The notes under the pieces are model-generated. The model worked only from the letters and a program-made list of their open reading frames with translations. It was not told the origin of the DNA and did no database searches. Shown here in pieces: positions 12,440 to 24,209 of a stretch of 64,000 nucleotides of DNA. Numbering within the stretch: position 1 is the first letter of the stretch; the number at the start of each line of letters is the position of its first letter. Source of the stretch: Podospora anserina (taxonomy: Eukaryota); contig CM030332.1 in the NCBI GenBank assembly GCA_017654855.1, forward strand, positions 6,758,001 through 6,822,000. The letters are read 5' to 3'. Made by a program: the position numbers and the translations under genes.

Positions 12440-12694
12440 GTCACGCTCAGTGTAGGGTCGGAAGGAAACTGAAACTGACCAGGCTCTCGTTTAGTTTGAT
12501 GTTGCAACTGCCTTTTATGCCACAGATGAAGCATTTCAGATGAGAGAACATTGATGCGAGAAATGATTACTAGTATTGGGTGACAGGACCAAGCCTGTCC
12601 TGGGCCGCCAACGTAATCCATGCGAAGCGCACATTGTGATACTAGTATTCCAGTGGGCTGCAAGGAAGGGACTTCCGAAAATGGCATCACCTCC

Positions 12695-13853
12695 TCAGCC
12701 CCTCCTCAGCAACCCCTCCACCGCATTCGTGATGTCGGGAAAAGGGAACAGGGTCCGATTACCTGCAACCATGCCCGGAATGAAAGGATCAATGTTCCCA
12801 ATGACCATGTACAGAGAATTGCTGCCCATCTGCACCGGAGCCACAACCGCCCCATCAATCACCAGGCCATTCAACGTCGGAGGCTTCGAAATCGTCCCCA
12901 AGTTCTCCGCCTTCCTCCACGTCCTATCTTTACTTCTTAGCACCTGAATCCCCTCAAACAAATCCGCCACCAACAGCACACTCCCCCCATACTTTGGCGG
13001 CAGGTAAATCGCATCCAAGTTCAGGTGCAGGCCCTCCCCCAACAGCGGCACATTCACCGGCCTCCCCCTCTCCTCCCTCAAATCAAACCGGTACAACTTT
13101 CCATCACCATCGCTCGCCAGCATAATATCAGTCCCCTTCACCACAGCCAATCCGCTATACCCCTTCCTCGTCGTCGGCGACAAAGGCCGATGCAAATACC
13201 ACTCTGTAAGCTTTCTTCCATTCTTGTCCACGCGAATAATAACCCCAGGGTGAGTCCCGACAATGTAGGTATTCCCCCGTTTATCATGTTCCACATCCTG
13301 AAACCCGCCGTATCGATCGCGGGAAATGTCCGTCATGTTCCTCGCCCAGAGAACCTTTTTCTTCTTGGGGTCATATTTCATGAGTTGGCGTTCGCCGGTT
13401 ACATCGGCTCCACCGGTTGCCCAGGGGTTGCCAGAGTTGGAGAGGATGGAGATCAGCCCCGAGTAAGGATCGCGAGCGACGCCGCCGATGTGGGCCAGGG
13501 TGAGGGAGATGCCGGGAAAGAAGAGGACATCGAGCATTCTGTCACGGTAGGGGTCGTAGATGCCTACCGTTGCGTTCCAGAGGCAGCTACATACACGTCA
13601 GCGATTGGTGTGGGAAAGCCTTGTCTGTGTGCAAGTGTTACCCAATCCAGAGGAGACAATTTTCCTCGTCCCAGTCGGCGTTTTCGGGGTAGAGTTGGAA
13701 GTAGTTGACGATGAAGCCGCCCCTGTTCAAGGGCGGGCAAACCTTCTTGCCACCGCCGCGAGGTGTCAGGTCGAATGCTTCGGTGTCACGATGGCCTTGG
13801 ACCGCACTGCTGAGAGCAGCCAGGAGGCCACAGACAAAACCAAGCCGAACCAT
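12695..13853 (-). CDS. TRI14-like secreted/luminal beta-propeller-type protein, 2 exons
   Basis: Signal peptide, then CPPL..QLYPENADWD, intron 13587-13641, CLWNATVGIYDPY, GNTYIVGT, LYRFDLREERGRPV, YLPPKYGGSVLLVA and FPFPDIT. These recall the motif order of Fusarium TRI14 (recognised from memory). Confidence 0.75.
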
Positions 13854-14448
13854 CCTGATTCTTAGTTGCTATTATTTCATTTCAAAATGACACAAGACCT
13901 AGGCCCTGAAAGGCTTCCAGTGAGCCTTATACCTCTCTGGCTTTGCTGTACCCGAACAAGAATGGCAACTCGTGTGGGCTTCTTCTCGACACCTATCTTG
14001 ATGAGCTTTTTCATGGCACCAATATCAGAACCCCGAGCCAACAAAACAGAGGTTCGAGGTGCGGTAGCGATCATGCAGGCACATGCGTCTCAGCTCCTCG
14101 TTGGATCTCACTTGCATGGTGGCCTAATGCTTACCCACATTTATTGGTTTTTCTCCTGATAAAGCACATCGGAGAGATCAGTCATGGTGAGTGAGAGACG
14201 GTCGGTTGGGACTGAATAGCTGCAGTGCAACGGTGGAGACAATACGGACGCCGCGGCTGGGCTGTCAGAGCAAAGTTCCCAGCAGGCAGTGTGGTCCTGG
14301 ACCAGGCGTGCATGATCTCGGCATGTAGATTGAAAAGCCGAGCCAGACACGGAGACGCTGACTGAGCATGATACATTTGGATTTGATTGTCAGCACGGCA
14401 GGGGGAAAGAGTATTGAACAACCATGGTCGTCATTGAAGCTATCTAAC

Positions 14449-14484
14449 CTTTTTATCTTTTTTTTATCTTTTTTTTTTTTTTTT
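14449..14484. repeat. Poly-T / T-rich tract
   Basis: ttttatctttttttatctttttttttttttttt between the VIT-vWA and TRI14-like genes. Confidence 0.8.
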
Positions 14485-14654
14485 GATGGTTGAAACTATC
14501 TCTTCTTTTCATTCGGAAGCACATCGCCCATTATTCCACTCAACAAAGTGTCTTTGAATGAAAACGACGAAACGAGGCCGGATCCATTTTCATCCATTTC
14601 CCAACACAGGACTCCCAGTAGTTGAAATCCACCCAGCCCATCTCACACACCACT

Positions 14655-17600
14655 TCACAGCAGCGCATCAAAATCCACTCCCTGGTCCTTCAGCCAAAGC
14701 TTAGCCTTCTCTGCCATCATCTCCCACTCATCCTTCCTCTCACCCAACTGAGTCTGCAAATAGGCCAATACCAACGCCGTAGCAATCACGTCATCCCCTT
14801 TGTCCATCAACCCCAAATCCTTAATTTTTGCTGCCACCGCCTGTTTGTCCAGCCCAAGAAGCGTCAACAACTCCTCTGTCCCTTCCCACTGTCCTGAAAA
14901 CTGCTGCAGCGCCACGATGGCTTCCAATCTGTCCGAGCTTGATTTTTTCCCCTGGGCCGACGCTTGTGCCATCGGGGCCCCCTCGTCGCCGCTGTCGTCC
15001 TCGTCGGGAAGAGGCATCGTAGCTGCCTGGTTCATCTCCTGCTCATATTGCGCTAGCTGCTCCGGCGTGACGTAAACCGTTGGCCCTTTGTCGGCACTGG
15101 AGGCGGGGGTCCATCGGTAGGGTGCCACAGACGGCTTCGCAGGGCTGGCCTGGGGCGCAGGTGATCCGAAAGGTGAGGGTTTGCTTCCGGTGGATCCAAA
15201 GAGATACGATGCTGGTCGGGCAGACGAGGCGCTGCCGAAACGTCCGCCTGCTGAGGTTGGTGACGGGGAGCCGAAAGCTGTTGTGCCAAAGAGCCCTCCT
15301 GGAGCCGGGGGAGGTGGTGCTGCACATCCGAACAGGGGAGCGGGAGCAGACGGAGCAGGAGCGCACGCTCCGAAGAGCGCACCTCCAGAGGGCGGAGGTG
15401 GGGGAGGGGCCGAGGCGTTGCCGAATAGTCCTCCTCCGGATGGTGATGAGCTTCCGAACAATCCACCCGCTGGATGCATGGCGGCTCCGAAGAGGCCACC
15501 CGACATAGCCTTGGCTTGGGCACCAAAGCCGCCTCCTCCCGAGCCGCTGTACTGAGCGCTTGCAAAACCTTGGGCTCGTTGGGCTTGTTGGAATTGCTGA
15601 GTGCTTGCGGTAGCTTGGAATTGCTGACCAAAAGGAGATGCTGTCTTCATCATCGCCCGTCGAAGATGTCGTTGTTGATAAAGCGCTTGATGGAATTCGC
15701 TATCCTGCCGCACATTGTGTTCTGCTTGCGCGGTCAAGTCTCGAGACATGTTTACATCCTGGTCCTTCTCTACCGCTACAAAACTGCACCACTTGCCTCC
15801 AACCTGATACTCGACCCCTAGCCGGACAGCCTCACGTTCCACCATGTCAGAGAAGCGACCAAAGTGCTTGGTACGAAGAAGGGCAGCATCCTTCTCCTTG
15901 GAATCCTTGGCGTGGTAGATCCAACCGCGACCTTCTTCAAGTTCTCTGACTGCCTTGCGAGCAGCGAGCTGATGGATTGTCTCTCCGGGCTCAGCAAGAA
16001 CAGTCACAGGAATCTCAAGCTCGAGTGGGCCACTGGGACAGGTGCCGCGAAGGACCACTGATTTGGGAGTCCTGCGGCTAGCCTCCGGGGACAAAAGCAA
16101 GTAGACTGAGGTTCTCGAGAACGGAAACAGGGGAGGGATGACGAAGGGAGCCTGGAGAATCTTGGGCTCTGCGACCTTGGGCACGTGAGAATACTTCCCA
16201 CCAGCAGAGGTGTCGAGTCCCGGTTCCGTCGTCTCAGTGTCAAAATCAGCCGCCTCATCAAATAGGGAAATCGGTTGCTTTGGCGCTTGCTCTGGTTGTG
16301 TCTTCTCCGAGTCAACTTCACCCACATCAATGACAAGGGCATCTTGAACCCTCTCAACAAGCTCAAAATCGTCGTCAACCTCGGTCGTAGAGCCTGACTC
16401 ATCCTCTTTACCATACTTGATCTCCAGGGTGTAGTCCTTCACATGAGGCGTCAACGAAGCTTTGAGCATCCTGATAACTTTGCTGTTCATGCTTTCGTCA
16501 TCGGCCACCGACTGTGAGAACCCGTTGCCCGCCTGCGCGATCCCTTCAATAAGAGCATGGCTCACATCATTGCCGATACCCAGAGAAAAGACACGGATTG
16601 CACCTTCGCTCTCCGCCACATGCGTGTTGATCATCCCGAAGACTTGCTGTTGGTCCCAGATCTCACCATCAGTCAGCATGAACACTTCAAGATCCATATC
16701 TTTGTACCGCCTCTTGAAGGTGTCCTGCAGGGGCATGCGCATCTCGGTACCACCATAGTTGGCCGAGATGCTGTTGACATACTGGGTGGCATGGGCCAAG
16801 CTACTGGCATCGTAAGTACGGGAGCCCTCCGGAAACATGAAGTCCCAGTGGGAGCCGAAAGAGCAAATATTGAACTTGACACCAAGCGGCAAAGACTTCA
16901 GAAACAGATGTAAAGCGGTCTGGAGGTTCGGAATTCTCTTGCCGTCACCCATGGATCCGGAACGATCACAGACAAACACAATCTCAGGCTTCGAAGAAGG
17001 AAGGTTGAACTTGGGCACAAGCGTCGCCATCAGGGCTCGGTGGTTGGGAATGGTGGGGTGGGTCTCAAGCACAGCGACAGGGTTGGCGGTGTTGGTGGCC
17101 ACCACATGGAGAATGAAGTCTTTGTCCAGCTCGGAAGTGCCCAGGGAGAGAGTTGCTGAAGCTTTTTGGAGAGACATCTCGGCACCCTTTGCGGCGCCAA
17201 CCGAAGTGCTGCCAACGGTAACGGCAATGGGGTGGGACGGGGACTGGACACTTTTGATTTGGGAACCACTGGGCATCTCAGCATCAACTGTGATGCTGAT
17301 CCCTTTTGTTGCACCAAACTGGGTGCTTTGGAGCAGATCACCAGGGTAGCTGCCATAGCGGGGTGCTATGCTGGTTGGGATTGTGAAGCGGATTCCGTCA
17401 ACTTGAGCGTCGTGCTTCAGTTCACCCAGGTATGTGATCTCGACCTTGAGGCTTGCATCGGCTGGTATGTTGCCAATAGTTGTGGTGAAGACGTCACTGG
17501 CCTCGAAAGACTGCTCTAGCAGACCGGCAACCTGGCCTTGAGCTACGGCGTCGACGTAAGTCTGGCGTGCCTCAGAGCGTTCTTTGACGACTCCGTGGAT

Positions 17601-17882
17601 GACGCGGTCGTTGTTGACGGCGCAGACAAAACCCACAACTGAAACGCCTTCATAGAGAGGAAACGCATATTTCAGTTCCTTGACCGGGGACGAGGGCGAT
17701 CGAAAAGTTTGGGTAAGAGTTGTCCGACTGGTGGAGGCGATAATGGTGGCATGGGCGTTGATCGAAAGGGGTGCCAGAAACTGTCGGCCAGGTCTGTCAT
17801 GAAAGGTATGATAGAATCCACACACGTGAGTAATGGGACTCTGCTGCTTCATCCGCCATTGCTGGCTTCCAAACAGAGACAT
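14655..17882 (-). CDS. VIT + von Willebrand factor A domain protein (VWA5A-like) with FG-rich low-complexity C-terminal region
   Basis: 1075 aa ORF. VIT-like N-terminus (TLTQTF..YAFPLYEG..AGLLEQ..FTTTIGNIP) and vWA MIDAS DRSGSM, GGTEM, MLTDGE, FSLGIG. Confidence 0.92.
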   Translation of the reverse strand: MSLFGSQQWRMKQQSPITHVCGFYHTFHDRPGRQFLAPLSINAHATIIASTSRTTLTQTFRSPSSPVKELKYAFPLYEGVSVVGFVCAVNNDRVIHGVVKERSEARQTYVDAVAQGQVAGLLEQSFEASDVFTTTIGNIPADASLKVEITYLGELKHDAQVDGIRFTIPTSIAPRYGSYPGDLLQSTQFGATKGISITVDAEMPSGSQIKSVQSPSHPIAVTVGSTSVGAAKGAEMSLQKASATLSLGTSELDKDFILHVVATNTANPVAVLETHPTIPNHRALMATLVPKFNLPSSKPEIVFVCDRSGSMGDGKRIPNLQTALHLFLKSLPLGVKFNICSFGSHWDFMFPEGSRTYDASSLAHATQYVNSISANYGGTEMRMPLQDTFKRRYKDMDLEVFMLTDGEIWDQQQVFGMINTHVAESEGAIRVFSLGIGNDVSHALIEGIAQAGNGFSQSVADDESMNSKVIRMLKASLTPHVKDYTLEIKYGKEDESGSTTEVDDDFELVERVQDALVIDVGEVDSEKTQPEQAPKQPISLFDEAADFDTETTEPGLDTSAGGKYSHVPKVAEPKILQAPFVIPPLFPFSRTSVYLLLSPEASRRTPKSVVLRGTCPSGPLELEIPVTVLAEPGETIHQLAARKAVRELEEGRGWIYHAKDSKEKDAALLRTKHFGRFSDMVEREAVRLGVEYQVGGKWCSFVAVEKDQDVNMSRDLTAQAEHNVRQDSEFHQALYQQRHLRRAMMKTASPFGQQFQATASTQQFQQAQRAQGFASAQYSGSGGGGFGAQAKAMSGGLFGAAMHPAGGLFGSSSPSGGGLFGNASAPPPPPPSGGALFGACAPAPSAPAPLFGCAAPPPPAPGGLFGTTAFGSPSPTSAGGRFGSASSARPASYLFGSTGSKPSPFGSPAPQASPAKPSVAPYRWTPASSADKGPTVYVTPEQLAQYEQEMNQAATMPLPDEDDSGDEGAPMAQASAQGKKSSSDRLEAIVALQQFSGQWEGTEELLTLLGLDKQAVAAKIKDLGLMDKGDDVIATALVLAYLQTQLGERKDEWEMMAEKAKLWLKDQGVDFDALL

Positions 17883-19771
17883 GGCGAAAATCCTGTGAAG
17901 CCTGGCAAGGTAACCTGTGAATGGGTAAAAAGCAAGGGCTCAGGTGTTGATGGGGTTGGACTTGTGATGAATGAGAGAAAGTGTCAGAGAACAAGTGGGA
18001 AGAAGGAGCCGGCTTTATAGAAAAATGGCTTCCTCTCTAAGTCTCCATGTTGTTGCCTATCTAAATTGCAGGCAATCTGTGTGGAATACGAAAGGAGTGG
18101 TGGTAGTGTTGGAGGTCGTCACTGGTGTCACCAGCTGCGGCTGCCTCTTACAGGCTGACCAATCAGGTATTGTGCGGTAGTTGCGACCCACATCATCAAC
18201 TTCCCCGCCCAACTGTGCAATCGTCCCCGCAATTAATGGCAGCGCCTTCAACCTCTATCAGACTCGGTTGACACAGCCGCAACGCCTATCACCTCTCTAT
18301 TGAGGTATCGTCACACATAGCTACCTCTGTCCTCAATTTCGTCCTTCTCAAGATGCAAGACCAAAGGCAAGCAGTCCGAACGAACCGCCACAGAGTTGAC
18401 GTCTTTCACAAAGCTTGCGCGTCTCTGCTCTGTTTGCAAATTTGGTTCAGTGGATTGTCACTGATCGATTATCCACCCCCTGCAAATTCAACATGCTTGG
18501 CGTTCGGTCTCGAGAGCTGAGTGCAATACGGCATTCGCGGTATGGTTTCATCTCTTGGTTGTCTTTTCCGTGCAAGGTTTTTACAGAGCCGTTGTGGTGT
18601 TTTGGTATGGGCTGGAAAACCAACAGATACAATGTCAGATACGGTACTGTCCACAACGAAAGCCAGCTGCAGGATTATTCAGCATCCGATGACTCATCTC
18701 CTTGAAACCAATAGTCCAGCAGAGCTTTTGCTGCCTAACCCCTGAGGTTGTGAATCTATCTGTGATTACCAATTCAGCACTGAAAAAAGGACGAACCTTG
18801 TTAAGATGATCAGGTGATGCTTCTTAATCTGCGCTTTTTTGTGCGCAAGCGCAAAACGACCTCACCTGTTGGGGCTCCGGGTGAGATCCGTACCAAGCCC
18901 CCGGAGAGGGACACCAGCCGAAAGTTTACCGGCGCCGGACCGGGCCGGATGCAACGCACGATCTAACTACATAAATGGGTGGTTTCATCCGTGCGAGTAG
19001 TTTGTGGTTTCATTTATCAAGGGCATGGGCACAGGTCGCAAGCCTGTTCCTATTTTTGGGACAGCTACCATGCCTGACATCATATCAACAAGTTTTGTCC
19101 CGCTTGCATGTCCACCACTGGACAAACAAAATATCCCTTGGCCAAACGCTCAAGACGACTTAACATCTTCGTGTTCTTCAACATTTCCTATTCAAACCCT
19201 TCTCATGTACAAATTCCGCTTCCCACGAGCCTCTATCTAGCCCGAACTTGAGTGACCAACCTGGAATATGGACCCAGAAGATGAATCTCATCCTTGGTCA
19301 GCAGACAGCTCGCCATCGAGCAAGGGTTGAATCTCCGGCAAAGAACAAGTTTACATTGACTAGAAACTGCAATTGGTATTCCGCTGGCACCCAGTGTAAC
19401 TCCCCAAGAAGTAACAAGAAGCAGGATCATGAGGAGAGTCATCAAAGCATTGCGGAGGCCGATGAAGACATCAATCAGAATGATGATGAAAACAGCTGCT
19501 CGGGGGCTGAACAAGAAACAGAGATGAAAGAGTCTTTGAAGGACCCGGGGGGGCAGAGGGGATTTGGTAGGGGGGAGGGGGGGTATCAAGTGTATATGTA
19601 TTAATAATACTATGGTTGTCTTTGACCACCAAGTCATCCAATATGCTGGTACTTGGTATTCGGGGTGATTAGTTCGGTGTACTGTATAGATGGAATCCAA
19701 CTGCTGATCGGTCGGAAGGTATCCCAAGCCCATTGTGCCAACGCTGAAACTCCAAGTTCTTCAATCCATGC

Positions 19772-21100
19772 TCAAGGCTTGGCTATCCTGACAGCCCTCA
19801 AAAAGTAGTCCTCGACTGGCAGGAGGTTGAGGAGCAGGCCGTTGAACTTCCAGGCAAGAAGGCAGGCAATAGCACCGGCAACGGCGTCCAGGATGAAATG
19901 GTTGGCGGTAGCAACAATGGCAGTCAGGATAATGCCAGGATAGATCATGCCGATGGCAACAATGGCCAGTCTCTTCCACCCAAGCTTTCCAGAGCGTCTG
20001 AGGGGAACGGTGGCGATGGTGAGTCCAACAAGGAAGGAGTAGCCGAAGTGAAGAGAAGGCATGGCGGCTAGTCAAGTCAGTGGATTGTCTCACAGACGAG
20101 AGGAATAACACGTTGGGAACTCACCATATTGATTGCAGAAGCGGTTGGTGGTCCACACACTGCTGTCACCATCGGCGCCGTGGACAGTGTCAATAAAGCC
20201 ATAGCTTTTCGCCTCCTTGGCAAACTCGCCAGTGTAGTTTGGGTCGCTGAGCAGTCTCGGTGGCATGCAAGGCCAGAAAGTAAATACGATGAAGGCCAAC
20301 AGGTTGCAGAAGGCCATGGTCCTCCTCCTCTTCTCATAGGTATCAGGTCCGAATCGGGGGGCCAACTTTCTCCAGTTTCCACTAATCGGGCGACCTCCGT
20401 TCTCCTCCTGAATCTTCTGTCTGGGACGGGCTGTCGTGACATAGTAGAGGACGATCAGGTAAAGGATCGTGCCCGGAATGTGGATGAAAGAGTATGTCTT
20501 GTTCGTCCATCGCATAAGCTCGGGTCGCTGAAGAAACCAACCTTGCACGGCAGGCTCAATGAAAATGCCCAGTCGCTGTTCCATGTGAATAACCTGGAGG
20601 GCATGCTCGCGAGCGGTGTCGACTGTTGACTCTTGCAGAGTGACGGCTGTGAAAGCTCTTCCAAGCTGGTAGACCCAGTAGATAAGAGCCCAGTACCAGA
20701 CCTCGGCCAAAAAGGGAAGACGCTGAAGCACGCGACTGAGGAAACGGTCCTTGAAGATGGCGGTATTCGGCGTTGTGACCTCACGCTCCCACTTGAAGAC
20801 CTTCAGCTGGCGCTTCCGCCATGGTGAGTTCGATTCGTCGGTCAAGGTGCCGTCGGAGCCGATGCTGGATTCGCTGACTGGTGACCGCAAAAGGGCATTT
20901 TCGTCGTCTGTGCTGGGCCGTCCCGATTCCAGCTCATCGTAGTCGGGGTCCTTGTCGTACTTGAGATGTTGCCAAGGCACGGGCCTGGATGATCTGTATG
21001 GTGATGGAGAGAAAGTGGCCGACTTGTTGCGGTTGACAATGGTACCAAATGTCAACAGACTGACCACAATGAGTGGTTCCAAAATGGCCCCGATCGCCAT
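19772..21100 (-). CDS. PAP2-superfamily (Aur1/Ipt1-like domain) integral membrane protein, 2 exons
   Basis: WPCMPPRL, NQY|AAMPSLHFGY across a GT-AG intron (~20069-20123), ATANHFILDAVAG and several transmembrane stretches. Confidence 0.88.
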
Positions 21101-22701
21101 CTTGGTGAAGGAGCGAAGTGGTCAGAGGCCGGGTGTTTCTCAAAAGGAAAAGTGCCAGACAGACGAGCCCAGAAGTGGCTTCGTCACAGGCAGAGGGAGG
21201 GGCTTCAGACCGATTTGCAGAGTGCAGACCGAGAACTTGACAAGCTTTCCGCTGAGGTCCCAGGGGCTCGGTTTTAACAGACGACCACCCCCTGACACCA
21301 AGAAAAAATACCCCTTCAGTTTGTGACTTTTCCCTGGGTCTCTGGAGATCTCCACGTCCGACATGCCGCGGTAGGGTGGCTTCCCGTATGGCTAGCCCCT
21401 GATAGAGTTCGACACCAAGGCGGGATTCAGCTTGGATACCACTGACCTCCAAGCACAGCCCTTGCTATCTCGCAGGAAGAATCCACCTGTTTTCATCCAG
21501 AAGCGTAATAAAACCCCACATCCTGACTCTTCAGTCTCCAGTGTCGCGTGAGGATTTGCTGAAGGCAGACACCGGCTGGGCAGTTGCTCCGGCCGCATGT
21601 CTAGTCAATACCAAGGGGGGTTTCCATGGCATGAGGAGAGATGCTGCTCTTGTTGGAGGGGCTACCACATCGCCTAGAAATCCCAAGACCACCGGCACCA
21701 TCACACGTCCCTTGACCCCCTCCAGCAGCAACCCGAGCCCGAAAACTTCTCCAGGCCGGCGACCGTCGTTGGTCATGGCGGATATGTCGGAAACAATTCG
21801 GCACAAGGGTGGCATCTCGATGTTACAGCACGGGGGCTAAAGAGGCACTAAACGAGAAAATGCCTTGGAATTCCACACCCATATCGGGCACTATCCCGCT
21901 CGATAAACATCTCGGCGGCAGAACCCAGTCGGGGTATGTCAATGACGACACATTGACAAAGCAGGCGGGTTTCCGCGTATTGGTAGTTATGTTTACACGT
22001 ACAGGTTAGAGACGGAAGTTCACACAAACAAACCATGACATTCTCTAGATAATGCTTCCATCCATCGGCCCTCGGATGGTGATTGACTGGTGGAGAGAAT
22101 CAATTAAGGTGTATATCGGCTGTTTCCGTTTCATGATCAGTACTTTTGCTTCGGGATCTAAAGTGGAGTACCTTTGCAACGGGCGGACGGGGATTCGATT
22201 GCACGATGGATCTACCCAGTCGGGCTTTCGGGACCCGACTTTGCACTAACTCCTGGGCATCGGTGATCGAAAGTTGCAGCGGTTCTTCCATCTGTCCTTG
22301 ATCTCTGGTACAAGTGAGAACTTTATTTGCACCCGAACACTATTGGTGTTCCAACTACTACATAAGCTGACTACAACTACAACTATGAGCGCCACTCCTG
22401 GCCGTCGGCATGTTCTCGGATCTATAAGTATAAAACGTTCCATCTTCGAGGCGTTTGGTGCCTGGTTTTTGTGAACGATCACTGGCGGCAGGATATCCGG
22501 ACACAATCCATGCCCCGATCTCCGCCCCTAAAAGTGCGGCGCTAGAGAGAGGCTTGGCCGAGAATGGCCTTGCACCCAGACGACACATCCTTCCTCTTAT
22601 CTTTTTTAACCCATCACTGCCCGCCGAACCGTTTTGCTAGACGTTCGAGATGGTGGTGTCAGCGATTCTGAAACAGCGCGCATTCAAATATCATGCAAAT
22701 G

Positions 22702-23514
22702 TCATCGAGCTGCCGACTGGGATTCAGAACCAGACCCATGCCTCCGGCTGCGCTTTGCATACAGCAGCCCGCACACATTGCAAAGCGTTGCTGGCCCAGC
22801 AGGCCCTACTCGCCATCGAGGGCTATCCATCACACCACACTTTTTGCAAGCTGCCGTGCTGCTGATGTCGCTCTGTCGGTTTCCTCGAGTCAGCACTTCA
22901 TCCTGAATCCACAAGGTAGAGGGACTGGCGACACTTACATCTTGCCTCCTTGACCGCTTCCGCCTCTTCGCATTTGACGGCTTGTCGTCTTCGTGCATCC
23001 ATTCAAGGGTTTCGGTTGCCTTGCGGCTGTGGACGTTGATGTCGCTAACAGCATGGAGCAAACCCCATGATAATTGGGTCATCGACACGAGGTCAATCTG
23101 TTTCGGCAGCGCATGGAGGACGAACGAATCGTCGGCTGGTGTCATCTGGGAAGCTCGGTGTTGGCTGTATAATTCAGCGAAGCGAAGCAGTTCTTGTGCT
23201 CCTTGACGAACCTATGCTACATATCAATAAGAAGACCTGGAAACAGCTGCTCAGGATGGACTTACCCTCCAGAACCCCTTTTCCATACCATATGAAAAGG
23301 ATTGATCATGGGACATTTCCGTGGCGATGGATAGCGCTGAGGAGTCGTCAGACAGTCTGCTTGTGCTCATAGGGCTATGAGTATGGAGATTATGGCCATG
23401 GGCTCGTCGGTCCGCCCCAGTTTCTTCTTCTAGAAGACTTGATGCACGAATTGGAAGCTCGTGGGTGGGTGCTGTATGGAATACTGGCCCGTCGAGTTCA
23501 AATGCCGACGCCAT
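22702..23514 (-). CDS. GATA-type zinc finger transcription factor, 2 exons
   Basis: ATG at 23514 and in-frame intron 23212-23265 (GTAAGT..TAG). C-terminal CKKCGVMDSPRWRVGPAGPATLCNVCGLLY is a C-x2-C-x18-C-x2-C finger. Confidence 0.88.
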
Positions 23515-24209
23515 TGGAATGTTGAGGGCGGTTTCCACGACCTGGTGGCAGAATGTTTTGGAGCGTATGTGCGATGTGCTCGATAAGTTATGTATCCCCA
23601 AACGGCCCCCGTAAATCGTACTTTTTGGCTGGATATCGTGACAGCTCTTTTGTGTAGACCACGGTGGCAAAGAAGGCGTTGCAAAATTCACGGGTATAAG
23701 GTCACAAAGCCGGGAGATCAACCCTGCCAGTGTAACAAGCACTACCGGCATCTTCCCGGAGGCGACTGTCCGGAACCTGGCCAGGCCATTGGCGCGTGGC
23801 GACGGACAGAGTGATGGGCTGAACCACTAGCATCAAGGTTCCAAACTTTCTCCAGAACGTGCCCAGCAGCCATCGCCATCACATTAGGCTCACTTCCAAT
23901 TCCGCTGTGGTCATTATTCTATTTTTCCTCGGACAGAATTGCTGCTTTTTTGTTGGGTCAAATAGGGGCCTCGCATTGGAGTAGAGTCGACTTTGATTGG
24001 ATGAACGCACCCCGTGTTCAGACAATGTCAACATATGTCAGCCCCCTCCAGTTCATTCCCTACTCGCTATGTTAGCACGACTCAGCAAAGAATTATAACT
24101 GCGTCAACATCACGTTCAAGATCAGCCTGATCGGTCTGGTGCCATGGAAAAAGAGGAGCCATCTGGCAATAGGCGAGAGGCTTCATTCAGAAAAGACATC
24201 GACACTCAC

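Noticed and set aside
9592-13853. A trichothecene biosynthetic cluster
   Set aside because: No trichodiene synthase, regulator, transporter or acetyltransferase in the window; TRI14-like and P450 similarity alone is insufficient.
18830-18856. Short inverted repeat tgcgcttttttgtgcgcaagcgca
   Set aside because: Too short and imperfect to call a structured RNA or transposon end.
19248-19604. 118-aa acidic plus-strand ORF
   Set aside because: No recognisable domain or splice structure and it lies near the PAP2-like 3' end; cannot be supported, though not excluded.
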